The notes under the pieces: generated by a model
Database searches by the model: none
What the model was told of the DNA's origin: nothing
Seen by the model: the letters and a program-made list of their open reading frames with translations, nothing else
Part shown: positions 50,366 through 63,699 of the stretch, piece by piece
How positions within the stretch are numbered: position 1 is the first letter of the stretch
How the letters are laid out: each line of letters starts with the position of its first letter
Origin: Amphiscolops sp. MND2022
Taxonomy: Eukaryota
Assembly (NCBI GenBank): GCA_964187785.1
Contig: OZ076413.1
Coordinates: forward strand, 47,432,001 to 47,496,000
DNA length: 64,000 nucleotides
Direction: 5' to 3'
Position numbers and translations under genes: made by a program

Positions 50366-52238
50366 TGTCGCAGGCTGCCGCCTGTGACGGTACGAGTGTG
50401 ACAACGTCGGCAACTGGACAAGAGTTCGTGCCCGGAACATTACCCATTTATTGAATGGGGTTAATCTACAAACTTAGAACTCTCATACTGTTTTGTTATT
50501 CAATACGTAATATATTTGTTGATGTTGTTAGTTTTGATATATACATATATATACTTGCACATGTAAAATTAGTCTGTTAAAAGTTACATTTGAAGATTCA
50601 AATAGTGTATGTGTAACTTCAGGAGATTGAAAGATGCTTTGCTATTGTAAACGTAATACGTGACAATGTAGCTGTGCAGTAGAAAGGAAACGAGTTCAAG
50701 TGAACGAAACTCCTATTCCGGAGACGTCACTTGAGCTCAACTCCTTAACCAATCACGTTGCTCCTTTTTCTATAAATAATACCACTCCGATTATGTAATG
50801 GCCGAGTATGGCCAATTGACTCAATAATTGTGCCTTTTAGTCAAATGGCCGGTTCCGGCCACTTCATTGGAATAGCCTATATGTGTGTTAATTGGGTGTA
50901 CTAATCGTGAATTACTGTAAATGTACCCTTAACAACGAATGAAAGTCCCAACCCCGTGTAGCGAGCTTAATAAACTTAGTGATCACTTAAAAGCCGAATA
51001 AGGCTTTTGCCCTCTTTTATTATAGTGCTGTATTAATAAACCGGATTTTGTCCATTTTCGGCATAACCAGAAAGTGTGTTATTTTAATAGTGCTGTAGTA
51101 TCTTAAGCAGAACTGATCATGTAATATTTAATCTAGTTCCTACTCACGTTAAATAATAGGCGCGTGGTAGCGCGTGTCACAAGTACGTTCCAAAGAGATG
51201 CCTTTTGCATTCCTTCAGTAGACATTGGTATTTGTTGACAGGACAATGTCGATGATGTTTGTAAACACGACACTTGAAGGTGCTGCTTGTGTACACTTTT
51301 AAATATCATTCTTTTGATGTTGAATTCCTAAGGACCACCCCGAAACTAGGAATTTCCCCAATCGGGACATCACCCTAAAATATCCGCTTTGAAGTGCTGA
51401 ATAACTTACCCAACGCTGTAATAACAGTTGTCAAATGACCTGTTGAAGCCATAGTCATGTGATGTTTTTCTTGATCAAAGAATTTGTGGAATGTGAGTGT
51501 CATCTTTTTACAAGTATATATAGACATATTCCTGTAAAAAGACCATTAATCTCATACCCTCACTTTGATAAAGATCGAAATAATACAACGACTTTTGTCA
51601 GTTTTCCGGTTTTAATAATTGAATTATTCAACCCGGTTCTGTCTTAATGCCTACCACTAGAAAACAAAAGAAAGCAAGAAAGTCTAGAGGACTCGATATG
51701 TTATCAGATATTGAAAATCTGGACATTATGTTAGGCGAAAACCATTTTGAAAGAAATGAGAGAAATGAAAGTGTGAATAGTAATCAGGCCGGTAGGCCAG
51801 AAAGCTTGTTTGGGGATGAATTTGAAGATGAAAATGAAAATAGATTCCCAAACCCGAGAAACGATGGACCTAGTCCAAATACCGAATTAGGACATAATTC
51901 AACCAGAGAGTGTTCAAGCGTTGAGATCAATAGATTGTCGAGTGAGTTAAATTCACGTATATCTCGAGAGATGGATGAAATGATGAATAGCGTCAGTGTT
52001 CAGATCCAAAGGGCCATAAACGAAGCTATTAGTAATCAAATCTTGCCTCATATCCAAAATGTAGTTATGGCCGGATCGGGACAATTGACCAAAGAGAGAT
52101 GGAACGTTCCGGCCGAGAGACCGGAAGGATATTCCGAAGCACTGCAAAACTCAGAACTTAGGAGCAATTCTAAGAATAAACAAATCAACGACCGTTCCAG
52201 AGACGGATTGACAACCACAAACTCTCGTGCTTACGACA
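50366..52238 (+). mobile_element. Solo LTR (1,873 bp) of a family related to the 15.8-kb element
   Basis: TGTCG...CGACA with perfect TSD ATTTC at 50361-50365 and 52239-52243. The first 25 nt and the Gag-N ORF are homologous to the full element's LTR. Confidence 0.93.
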
Positions 52239-52252
52239 ATTTCCATCTTTAG
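51647..52252 (+). CDS. LTR-encoded Gag N-terminal ORF (197 codons in the LTR, stop in the flank)
   Basis: MPTTRKQKKARKSRGLDMLSDIENLDIMLG and RISREMDEMM..QIQRAI align with MPSTRRQKAKTRKSREMDMMSDMDNLDVMLG and RLSQEMDSMM..QINRAI. Confidence 0.75.
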   Translation: MPTTRKQKKARKSRGLDMLSDIENLDIMLGENHFERNERNESVNSNQAGRPESLFGDEFEDENENRFPNPRNDGPSPNTELGHNSTRECSSVEINRLSSELNSRISREMDEMMNSVSVQIQRAINEAISNQILPHIQNVVMAGSGQLTKERWNVPAERPEGYSEALQNSELRSNSKNKQINDRSRDGLTTTNSRAYDNFHL

Positions 52253-53015
52253 TTCAAATATTAAAAAGATTTTAAATATGCAAAATAAGTTTTCACTGTT
52301 ATGTGAAAAAATTGTTTTCAACCATGTCTTCACGTTTGGCGAATCGATTTTTCTTAGCAATTTTCCTCAGTTTTGGAAACTTTGCAAGTCTTGCAAGGAT
52401 GTTGACATAATTTCACTGGATTGGTCAGAATCCCCACTGGATTTCTACTACAAGAATTTCCAAAACCTTGCTAGTATTCTGTCAATTTCTTCAAGAATTT
52501 GCAAGGTTTTCGCCACCATTTTGAAAACTGAGCAGGAGACTTGCTAGGGTTTACAGGATCTCGAAGAAAGCGTGTCATTTTTTTCTGATACGATAAAAAC
52601 GCTGAATTGTGACCAAGTATTTTCTAAAAGTGAATTCAATTTTTCAAAAAATTCATCGGAGTGGTGAAAAAGTCAACATTTTGAGATGAAGAAAAATAGA
52701 GAATGAAGAAACTTTTGTGCATTTTTATTTTAGCTGGTTCATTAATTTGGCGTCCATTGTTGAGCACCTGTATCTTGAAAGGCAGTGAATCTGAGTTGTG
52801 CATTTCAAACGGACGATTAAGCAAATTAACAGAACAAAATATCACTGTTCGAATCAGTCCCCTTGTCTTAAAATATTTCCGTATTTTATGATAAAAAGAA
52901 CGACGACGTTTTTTTTTCATTTATTAGATAGTTAGATTAGAATCATATAAGAAGCGCGCCGTTTTTGTAATACTTTGAGTTTTTTGAACGTCAGTTTGTA
53001 TCGACACCTTTTCTA

Positions 53016-54288
53016 TTTTCCGCCCATATTCCATATGGGAAAAGAAAATACTTGAATCAGCCGCGGTTTTTTTAAACAGAACTTGCCGTGTTCCCAATTT
53101 ATATTGAAATTGAAGGGCGTCACTCATAGAATTCAACTCAAATAGATTTATCTTCTTCTGGTATGTATTTGGATATTTTGTCAACTTATTTTGGGTATGA
53201 CCAAAATGACCCCAGAATGACCCAAAATGACCCCAAAAATTCTAAAATTTCCCATTTCTAAAAGTTTTTATGCAATTTTTGTCAATTTTTCGAAAGGCTT
53301 CGTGGATTAGAATGTTGAAAAGTGTCAACAAAAAAAGTATTCGTTGTCCAGTAGCCTTTGTGAAGAGAGCGTTTTCGTCGTTTCTCATGTAATTTCTCTA
53401 CAATCTCCGAGAGATTTTCTACGTTAGAAGGTCTAATGCATTGAAACTTTTTTAAAAACAAGGTATGCAATGTGCCTCTTTGAAGAGAACATTAGAGGGT
53501 TTTCAGAAACATTTCAGAATAACTCCAAATGAGTCGAAAAATCAAAAAAACGTCAACGTTTTTCTGCAACTTATGTGTTTTTTCTCAAATGCTTTGAAGT
53601 CAAAATTTTCTGTAGTCAGAACGTTGAAAAGGTTCAACAACGATTGATCTCGTTATTCAACAGGTTTTCCGAAGACGCATTTGTAAACTTCGGCTGGAAA
53701 ATATCTCAAATGAACCAAAAAACTGGAAATTTTCAAAATTTTTGCCACATTTTTTTGAGGTTGGGAACAATTGGTGAAAATGTTCCCAACATTTTGATAA
53801 AACATTTGATGAAAACATTTGATAAAAGCTTCACAAAGCCGTAACTGAAACGATTAGGTGAGCAGCACCCTTTTTAAGGAGGAAATTTCAGTTTTTATGG
53901 TAGCAAACTACCACAGATTCATCCAAATTGACAAAAAACTTCGAATTTTTAAGTGCTTGACATTTCAAGGAGCTCTTTGTACATATTTGGAGCATTTTCC
54001 TTGCTTACAAGGATTTGAAAAAATCAGCAACGACTAAATCCGGTAACCAGTAGGCGTTTCTGAAAATATAACAGCAATTTCTTCGTTTTTATCCAATTAC
54101 TTGTAATTTCTTGGATCTATTCCTAGATTAGATTGGTGTAATCAATGGGCCAAGAGGAATCGTAACTTTCTTTTCTTCGAACATTTTTGCATTTTCATAG
54201 TGCATTGGCTGCTCTTGAGCCTCAAATTCATGTCACTCTAGAACAGTTTGGGGCGGAAAATATCTCGCTATTCAGCGGGCGTCTTGTT
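53016..54288 (+). mobile_element. Longer Helentron/HINE-like repeat; its 3' part is also present ending near 2011
   Basis: TTTTCCGCCC start, GGGCGGAAAA subterminal inverse, CGCT-ATTC-AGCG hairpin, TCTTGT end. GTGCATTGGCT.CTCTTGAGCCTCAAA is shared with about 1924-1950. Confidence 0.45.
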
Positions 54289-57200
54289 CAGTTCTTGTCT
54301 AATATTTAGCTTTTTTCATTCAATTTGTTTCTTCAACTTCTCCGAGATAAATGTTTTAGAATGCTTGCGTTTTTGACATACAGTTTTGTGTTTGAAGTGT
54401 ATTTTCTCTCAAGTTTTTTCAATAACTTAGATAATTTAAATAACCTAACTGAATTTCAACAGATAAATTTCAGGGATTTCAGAGAACTACTTCTTTAGCT
54501 AAATTTCAGATACCATGGCATTGCTTAGAACTGGTGTGTTAACGTCCTGAACTATTTCAGCCACGGTGTTTTCTCAAAGCTCAAGCGTAGGCAATAAACA
54601 ACAAACTTCCCCGAAAAGTCACGAAAAAAAGACCGTTTTGATACATTTTGGAAAACACTTGACACGCTTGTATACAAAAACTGAATTAACCATAAAAACT
54701 AAATCAAATATCAAAAATTGATTTTCTTGTTTCATTTCGGGTTTTTTCCAGAGTCTTTAGAAATCCTCATTCAAGAAGATGCTAAGTAGCTAGTTGTTGA
54801 ATTTCCAAACTCTGTAGATACTCACGCATATCCACGCAAAATATGAAAAACTACAAAATTTACAAATAAAGAATTGAGAATTTTGAAACCTTTATCTATA
54901 AAATGAAAAACATCTTTTTTACACAAGCGCATTTTAAGTAGCTAATTGGTTTGTTGATGAAGTTTATAAAATTTTATAGGCAAAAATGCCAAAAACTCTA
55001 AACCAGTTGCAAAGAACAGTCGAAAGTTGAGAAGAAAATAAAGTTGATATCCCCAATTCCCACAGAGGGGAATTTCCCAATTCTGCTTTCTTTTTTCAAT
55101 GCCAATTTCGGTTTACCAATTGAATATTGATGCCCAGAAAAAAACCCCAAAGATTCGCAAATTTTGCATAAAACTGTCATTTTTGAAAAACTCGAGTTTT
55201 TGAAGCTTTTTTGGAAAACACTTTCGATTTCCCTAACGAAACCTACGCTAAGTGGCTAGGCTAAATGTTCTGCAGTTCAATCTTGTGGATGTTCAGACTT
55301 CACTGAAACAATAAAATGGCACTAGGTTGTCATAAAACTTTCAAAAAATTCAAAATTTTGCCATTCTGCTCTTTTTGGGGGCGTTTTGTTTTTAAACTTT
55401 TCGCGGGCCTTTTGTTCTAGACACTTCGTTTTCAAGAAAGTTCAAACTTTCTTGCATATGCTACGAACTTAATTTATTGTTGGTTGAATTATGTGGAAGA
55501 ACCCGTCATTTGACTATAAAATTGCAACATGGCAAAATAGGAAAAAAAATGTAATTTTCCTCATTCAGAAATTAAATATGGGGACGGAAAGTAACAATGA
55601 ATTGATAGACAGATAGTTGGGAGCATTCGCTCATGTTTATCATCACTTGCTGTTTCTCCCAGTTTGATTAAAGTGTCACACCAGACAGGTGAACAAAGAC
55701 GTGAACAAAAAAAGACCTCGACAAGCTTTTTTGTTCTCTGAAAAGTAAAAAAAAAATGTTGCTTCATGTTAGCATCGTTGCTGGATGTCTATAACTATTT
55801 GCTTAGATGTCTGTTTTACTTGAACGTCTAGATCTACAAGCATTCACACTTACTTCACAAAACTCGATCTCCAAATATAACTTAACATTTCAAAATAGAA
55901 AACCTCAAAGGATTACCATATGAAAGGCAAAGGTCGGGAAAACAAGTTTGAAAATATTCAATATAATTCAATTCACATCAAAGTAGGAAACTGTTTCTAT
56001 GACCGAAAACACGTTTTTTGGGAACAATGTAAAAAATCCGAATCTCAACGGATTTGTAATAGAACGATTGGAACGCTTATGTGATACAGAGACTATGAGT
56101 TGCCCTGGAATTACTTTAATGCAGAAGTTCTCAATAATCTCAAAATTCAATAACCCAGCTGGATTGGGGATTAAATTTACTTTCAAAAATCCGTCAGTGA
56201 AGGTTTCATGTTTCAAATTACCGCTTCTTGAATAATTTTCAAAAACTCAAGTTTCTTCAAGAAGCGAGATTATCTCAAGGAAATGCAAATCAAAACATCA
56301 CATCAGCCATTTTTCACGGATTTTTTTTAAAAAAAAAACAACACAGTTTTGACGTCTGCTGTAATGTAAAACATATGTGCATACAAACAGTTTCGTTGAC
56401 TAATGAAAATCAAGATCCAAATGCTATCCCTAGTCGAGATTGCTTGAACATTTTACATGCTGCATGGAAACATGCAGGCTAATTTTTTATAAAACATGGA
56501 AAATTCCGGGACCGTACATGGAAACATTTTGTATGATTACAATGCAGCCTTCACTATTTGAATTAAAACCGTAAACAATTCCACTTCTTCGCCGCAGCGA
56601 TCACTTTGTTTTCACGCGTAAGTTTTTCATGTAAGTACCTTATGTAATCACCGTTAGCCAAATAGCACGCTGAATATGACGCTACTTTGAAACTTATAAT
56701 GTGACTGAAATTTGTTTGCATTGAAAGCGCGGTAAAAATACATTAAGGTCTCAGCTGCTTTCAAAATTAGAACGGCGTCTTTATGAAACCTGCAAAACGT
56801 CGCGGCGCAGAGTTGCCGCCAAATTCAAGATGCATTTATAGGCAGCTTGATAAAATTAAATCGAATCAGTGAAGATTTAATGCATGAATATTTCTTTGAG
56901 AATTTTACAAAATCATGGAAAATTAGCTTGGTAACCCACAAATACATGAAAAAAGTTCAAGCAATTCCAACCAGGGATGTTAGTTTTTAATTTTTACCAT
57001 TTTTCACGAAGTTTTTTGTGTTAATTTACGATTAAACCCCAGCTTTGATTCAACAAGCCGGAAAGGCCTCAAGTCGGCGTCCTGCTCAGAGTTGGAACCC
57101 ACCATATGATTAAATGTTGCCAGGCCGGTCCGGGCGGGTTTATAACCGGTTTTTTCGAGCTTGAATTTTTTTGGGGGCTGGGTATAACAATTCGGAAAAT

Positions 57201-58155
57201 AAATCAAAAATTTTCACATCAAACTGGGCTTTATAATTTCCACAATTGATTGCTTTTAATATTCTCAGCGCAAGCAACCAGTGCTCAAAGTGAACGAGAT
57301 TTTAGTCAAGAGGGACTTATTCGCACTGCTCGTAGAATCCAAACTGTTGCCAAAAAACTGTCTGCTATTGAATTTTTGAATTCTGTTCTAAAAAGGGGAT
57401 TTTTGAAATCTCATGATGTTTATACCTGACTATCATTCACAGTTTATTTACGGGTACCAATTCGTTTTCGGTCAGTTTCGTCGTGTAATAAAAATGTTCA
57501 AAAATAACGGGTCGTATTTGAAACGGGATCGGGTAGGGCTCCAGGTAGAGAATCATGACCTGAAAACTCTGGTCCTGCTCATTGCACAAAGAGTGCAAAA
57601 TCTTTCAAGCATTCTCAGTTACTTTTTTGAGGGAATTTCAAGAAGTCTCACAGTCCCGAAAAAAGTTAGCTATACATTAAAAAAATTTCGCCTCGTATCT
57701 CAGCGTTTTTCCTAATTTTGTCATCGAATTTCTCATCCAAATGCTTGAAGTTCATCCACGGAACTCAGTTACTATAAAAGTATGTTCGTAGCTTATGCAT
57801 TTGAGGAGATTTTGAACACTTTTGAGAAAGTGCTTCCAAAAAGTGTCCCAAAGTCAATCGAAATTTTCCCATATTTTGACCATTTTTAAGCAACCATTGT
57901 GTTTAACGCTGATATTTTAGCTTTCAAGATATCAAGAAGTTTCTCCAGAAAAGCTGAAACCCTGAAACTACTCCAGATGAAATTGGTTTCATCCAGTGGA
58001 ACGTTCTTCCTAATTTTTGCTCTGGCTAACTAAATTTTATTTTTCTCAGGATCGTGATTATGAAAAGCGGCTTTTTGAACATTCTCGAATTCTTTTTGAG
58101 CAAGTTTTTGCATTGATTATCTCAATGATTTGGTTTCAATTCATGTTTTTGATTG

Positions 58156-58257
58156 AAATCGCAACGTAATGACAATGGTGTTCGAAAAACGTTCAAACTC
58201 AATAGATATCTTTAGTTTGCACGTTTTTCAAAAATCATTGTCATTACACTGCGATTT
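58156..58257. repeat. Imperfect inverted repeat (about 44-bp arms)
   Basis: AAATCGCAACGTAATGACAATGG...CAAACT pairs with AGTTTGCACG...CATTGTCATTACACTGCGATTT, about 6 mismatches. Confidence 0.75.
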
Positions 58258-59010
58258 ACTATTCAATATTTTGGGACCTTTTCAATGACAGTGTCGTTTG
58301 TTCTGAGGAATTCCCAACGACAAATAAAGTATCGGTTGTTCACAATTGTTGAAACTGAGTGATCGGATCTTGACCAAGTAATGAATATGCAAAAAGAAAA
58401 TCAAATATTATTCTGAAGGTTCAATAGGTCATTTGATTCAAAACCTCTCCTGAATTCAATTATGAATTGTTTTCGAAAATTATCTCTTTTCATCGTTCTG
58501 AACTTTCTTATTGTCAGCCAATTGCTGTCATCAATCAATTGTCGACTTGCAGGTGGTAGTCAGCGCAGAAATACAGTAAGTTGAACCAGGTAGAATTTTT
58601 TTTGAATATAACTATTTTTGCCAAAAACCTCAAAACTGATCATCTTAGAAAATTCATTTGAATAATCAAATGATGAACTTGATTGATGGTCAACAAATGG
58701 ATCAAACGGACAGCCTCCACTAATAGCACTTGTCAATGGGGGATCAAACAGCGAATCTATCATAATTTTTGGAAATTTTTGGAGCGTCAATAGGTTTCAT
58801 TTAATGCAGAGCTTTTTTGCTTTCTCAAGGTCATGTTACAATTTGCCAAAATACAACCAGCTATACTTAAGATCTTATTTTCAAACTTGCATTTTACTTG
58901 AATTTCAGTGTTTGCCATGCTCGAAAATTTTCGAATAATTTTCGCGCTGTGACAACTCGCGGTAGAAATTAGCATCGCGCTTTCAAAACACCCTGGCTAT
59001 TAAAAAGGCA

Positions 59011-60384
59011 ACAGGACGGGAACGTCCCAAGTCGGCGCCATATCTTAGGCTCAAAAATATTCAAGGAACAACTACTGGAAAAATTTGGAAAAAAATTTTT
59101 TTTTTCAAAAAAAAATTGATTTTTTTTTCGAAAAAAAGTATTTTTTAGGTCGCACAATGCCGAAAAACTCAAAAAGAGGCCATTCAGGCTCATTCAACGT
59201 TTTCTACAAACCGAAAACTTCAAAAAAATTCAAGGGGGAACCCTTTGATAAATTTCGAAAATTTTCGAAAAAAGTCGCATAGCGCCGAAAAAAACCCTTT
59301 GGTCTCACCTGTACTTTTGGAAGCATTAAAAAATTTATGGTTTAGTGCGAGAATCGAACCCACGCTCTCCGGCTGGGTCGAAGATGGAAGATGAACAAAT
59401 ATGAAAGATGAACAAAAATTGTAAGAAAAGTGGACCACTCAGAGTGAGATTGTCAACTGAAAAAAACAAAAAAAAACAAGACGGGAACGTCCCAAGTCGG
59501 CGCCATATCTTAGGCTCAAAAATATTCAAGGACCAACTATTGGAAAAATTTGGAAAAAAATTTTTTTTTCAAAAAAAAATTTTGATTTTTTTTCGAAAAA
59601 AAATATTTTTTAGGTCGCACAATGCCGAAATACTCAAAAAGAGGACATTCAGGCTCATTCAACGTTTTCTACAAACCGAAAACTTCAAAAAAATTCAAGG
59701 GGGTACCCTTTGATAAATTTCGAAAGTTTTCGAAAAAAAGTCGCATAGTGCCGAAAAAAACCCCAAGGGGGGACCCTTTGGTCTCACCTGTACTTTTGGA
59801 AGCATTAAAAAATTTATGGTTTAGTGCGGGATTCGAACCCACGCTCTCCGGCTGGGTCGAAGATGGAAGATGAACAAATATGAAAGATGAACAAAAATTG
59901 TAAGAAAAGTGGACCACTCAGAGTGAGATTGTCAACTGAAAAAAACAAAAAAAAACTACTCACTGTAAGAGTCGGGCTTTTTTCCCTAAGGGAAAAGGCG
60001 CCGACTAAAAACAAGACGGGAACGTCCCAAGTCGGCGCCATATCTTAGGCTCAAAAATATTGAAGGAACAACTATTGGAAAAATTTGGAAAAGTTTTTTT
60101 TTCAAAAAAAAATTTTTGATTTTTTTTTCGAAAAAAAGTATTTTTTAGGTCGCACAATGCCGAAAAACTCAAAAAGAGGCCATTCAGGCTCATTCAACGT
60201 TTTCTACAAACCGAAAACTTCAAAAAAATTCAAGGGGGTACCCTTTGATAAATTTTGAAAATTTTCGAAAAATGTCGCATAGTGCCGAAAAAAAACCCAA
60301 AGGGGGACCCTTTGGTCTCACCTGTACTTTTGGAAGCATTAAAAAATTTATGGTGTAGTGCGAGAATCGAACCCACGCTCTCCG
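59011..60384 (-). repeat. Tandem array of three units (465 bp, 535 bp and a truncated 374 bp), HINE-like
   Basis: Units start on the plus strand with ACA(A/G)GACGGGAACGTCCCAAGTCGGCGCC at 59011, 59476 and 60011. On the minus strand each ends in a small hairpin plus (T/C)CTTGT-like terminus. B-box-like GGTTCGA inside. A diverged copy starts near 15502. Confidence 0.85.
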
Positions 60385-63300
60385 AACGCTGTGGCAAAAA
60401 CAACACGACTGAAATTTAAAACCAATCAGGTTTGCCAGCAGATTTTTATCGGATACTGAGAAAAAGTAAGCGATAAACGAACCCGAGCTGTTAGCAGCAG
60501 TATGGGCACTGGAACGTTTTCGCCTATACATATACGGAAAACCAATTGAACTACTTACCGACCACCGAGCACTGGAGCCATTAATTAAAAGAAATAGATC
60601 GAATAAAACGTACAGTGCAAGATTAACAAGATGGTTAGATAGACTGGCGCACTTTGATATTAATATAAAGCACATTGCTGGAAAACACTTGACGTTGACG
60701 GATTATCTAAGTAGAATTCCAATAGCAAAGCCAGTACCAATCGAAAATTACGACGAAGAAGTTGTAATCAATTGCATGATACCCTTACTGAAGTTCATTA
60801 ACACTCACGGCAGCATCTCCGATGAAAAGATAGTGACAACACAAACGGACAAAGCTACAGCGCAGCAAACCAACAGCCAATCACAATCAAAAAACGTGAA
60901 CAAACAACCACTCACTACAAATTAACTGAACAAACACAAGCCATTCCAAATTTTGCAAGCGAACGTTTTATTCACCAAACCTTATCACCGTTCAATCGAT
61001 ATGGATATCAAAACAATTGAAAGCATTGAAAAAGATGACCATTCAGAAGACACACTTCGACTTACCAGCAGATGGAAAGAAGTTACCCGACCCGGAGATT
61101 ACAGATTCATTCAAGGACAGTGGCGAAAACACGCACCCCCTAGAACACTGAGAGCAGAAATTGAAAGAATTGCAGTAGATCTATGGCAAAGACGAAACAA
61201 ACTAATCTGGCAGAAAAAAAGAAAAGAACAGCAAACGAACACCGGAAGAATTAGCCCGAAAAAAGGAGTTCCATAGACTAATCGAAAAGATTAGAAAATT
61301 GCCAAAGAGAGATGAAGCAGGCCCAAGCTGCAGCTACACGCAACAATCGCCAATCGAAGATGAAGACATAAACACACACCAGAGAGACGAAACTGAAACA
61401 ATGTTTTCCGACACAGACCAGACAATAGCCGTACCGGCAATCAATTTCAAGAGATACTTGGGCGCCACCAGTGTAAGATATATACAAATGGGAACAGCAA
61501 GCAAAGTACAGTACGAAGACAAACGGGACCTAGAAGAAACTGTACGACAAGTAGAACAGAAGTTTTCTACCGACCTGCGAACAATAGCAGATGAAACCAC
61601 CAATGACGAAAACCTATTGAAGACACTGGTTTGCTTAGAACGAAGGAATTATGAACAAATTCCCGAAGAATATAGACAATACAAAAACAATCTCCCACCA
61701 GATTTGGAATTGTCTTGCATGATGACAAAATCATCATTCCCAAGCCCCTGAGGCAGACCGTCATCACGCTATTATACAAAGGCCACCCCGCAATCAATAA
61801 AATGAATCACGCTGCTCGCCAATTCTGGTAGCCGAAGTTGACAAAGGATATCCAGTCCAAATGCAATGAATGCATCCCATGAAAGATGTCAGGTAAGAGC
61901 AATAAACCACAATTACCAATGACCGAAATCAATTACTTACCACCGGCAGAAAAACCGAACCAAGAAATCCAATTGGATTTCATTGGACCAATGAGATTTA
62001 AACACCGGAGATTTTACATACTAATATCAATCGACTGGTATAGCAGATGGCCGGCAGCATGTATTTGTGAAGCCCTAACTAGTAAAACAAGCAAAAACCT
62101 TTTTGGAACAAATTATTTTACTGAATGGAATTCCACAAACAAATAGAACAGATAAAGGGACAGGTTTACTGGAAGGGAATTCAGACAAATGTGTAAAAAC
62201 CTAAACATAAAATTAGTATATGTAACACCATTAATCCATACAGCCACGGGGTTGGTCGAAAGAGAAATAAAAACTCTAAAAGACCTGATGCGAACAAACT
62301 TAGAAGATAATTGTAACTTAAATGAGGCATTCAGTAATGGCAATGCGAACTACCATCCATTCAAAAATAAAAGAATCACCGTTCGAACGACACAACGGTA
62401 GAAAACCAAGAACGGAATTAACTAGTTACTTGCCTTTACCAACGGATAATATTGAATTTATTTCAGCTGAACTGGAAACCCTACAAGTATACTCCTTCAA
62501 CGACGGAAAAGGAGGGTTCGACCAACTAATCATGAAGACACCAAGAAAGCTCAAGTGGGACGTTAGTAACAACTTTCCATATAAATTTTTGGAAACGAAA
62601 CAAAACAAAAACAAATTCGAAAGCGGTTACCAATCAGAACCACAAACGGCAATAGCCGGAACAAAACATACGATAAACACTGATACAAATAAAATATTAC
62701 ACCGAAATCTAGTAAGCAAACCCATATCGAATTCATTTCAGAACCCACTCTCCCGCCGGGGGAAAACAGGAGAGGGATAGACGGGCGATTTATCCAGATG
62801 TCTCTGCCCTCACTTGGAACAGAAGACATGGACGAAGAAGAAACCGAAACAGAAGAAGAAGAGGAAAGAGAAAGTACTCAAGTAAGGGAGACATCAGCAG
62901 AACAGATGGAAGAAAGTTTCGATCTGACCCCAACAACACCGATCGGGAGAGGAAGGCCTAAACTCGTTAGAAACCGCGACCCCAAATAACCAGGAGCGAA
63001 CAACTCGAACTACATGTCAACAACATGAATGAGCAACAGCTGGAACAAGCCATAGAAACCATTACCGAGAACCCAGCAACTACAACAATCGTCGACAATA
63101 CCGGTAATGAAAATCAAACAAAAAACGGAAATTAATGAAATTCCAAACACAATCGAACTAGATAATAATAACCAACAAATAAGAATGTCTTCCAGATTAA
63201 GATCAAATAATCCAATAATAAGGTTCGGAAACCCGTTAACACATTAACGTTTACAGGAAACACCGTTGAACAAATCAACGAAGAAATCACCCGATCGCAA

Positions 63301-63699
63301 AGTGTCTGAGTGACGAACGGCCGGAGGGAGAGCAAGGTGAAGCCATACCCGAAAATAGCCTCACCAAGAAGAAAAGACCGCACAGAAACCACTACACATC
63401 TGGAACTTCATGTTTAAACATTTCATGTAACCGTGTATGTGCGATACTCATTTTGTTATTAAATTGTACTAACAACTGTTTACAGTAGATCGTACAATTA
63501 GCCCGAAAGGGGAGGAATGTAGAATAGAGCGTGGTACCAGAGGTCACTATGTCATGTAAGATTACATAATTTCATAACCTTTATACTGTATGACCATTAT
63601 TATGTAAGGTACCTGCCAACGTACTGAAGCTTACTGTACTACTCTCTTATTATTATTAAAAACACATAAAATACGAAACAGCTACGATTCAGTATTACA
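60385..63699 (+). mobile_element. 3' half of a decayed short-LTR Gypsy element (RNase H, integrase, PPT, 3' LTR)
   Basis: FASRFLSDTEK, LTDH, DYLSR, QEIQLDFIGP; proteins resemble those of 7331-13155. PPT GAAAGGGGAGGAA, then a TGTA...TACA LTR candidate at 63518-63699. Confidence 0.85.

Noticed and set aside
52636..52920. Missing pLGIC Pro-loop exon (LPFKIQ|gt)
   Set aside because: Only superficial resemblance to FPFDxQ, a weak donor and no convincing acceptor or upstream motif.
58560..58790. pLGIC exon because of CPFDP
   Set aside because: No splice donor after the motif and the surrounding residues do not fit the family.
59011..60384. CRISPR array or tRNA gene cluster
   Set aside because: Units are about 0.4-0.5 kb with no unique spacers, the context is eukaryotic, and only a B-box-like motif is present without a cloverleaf.
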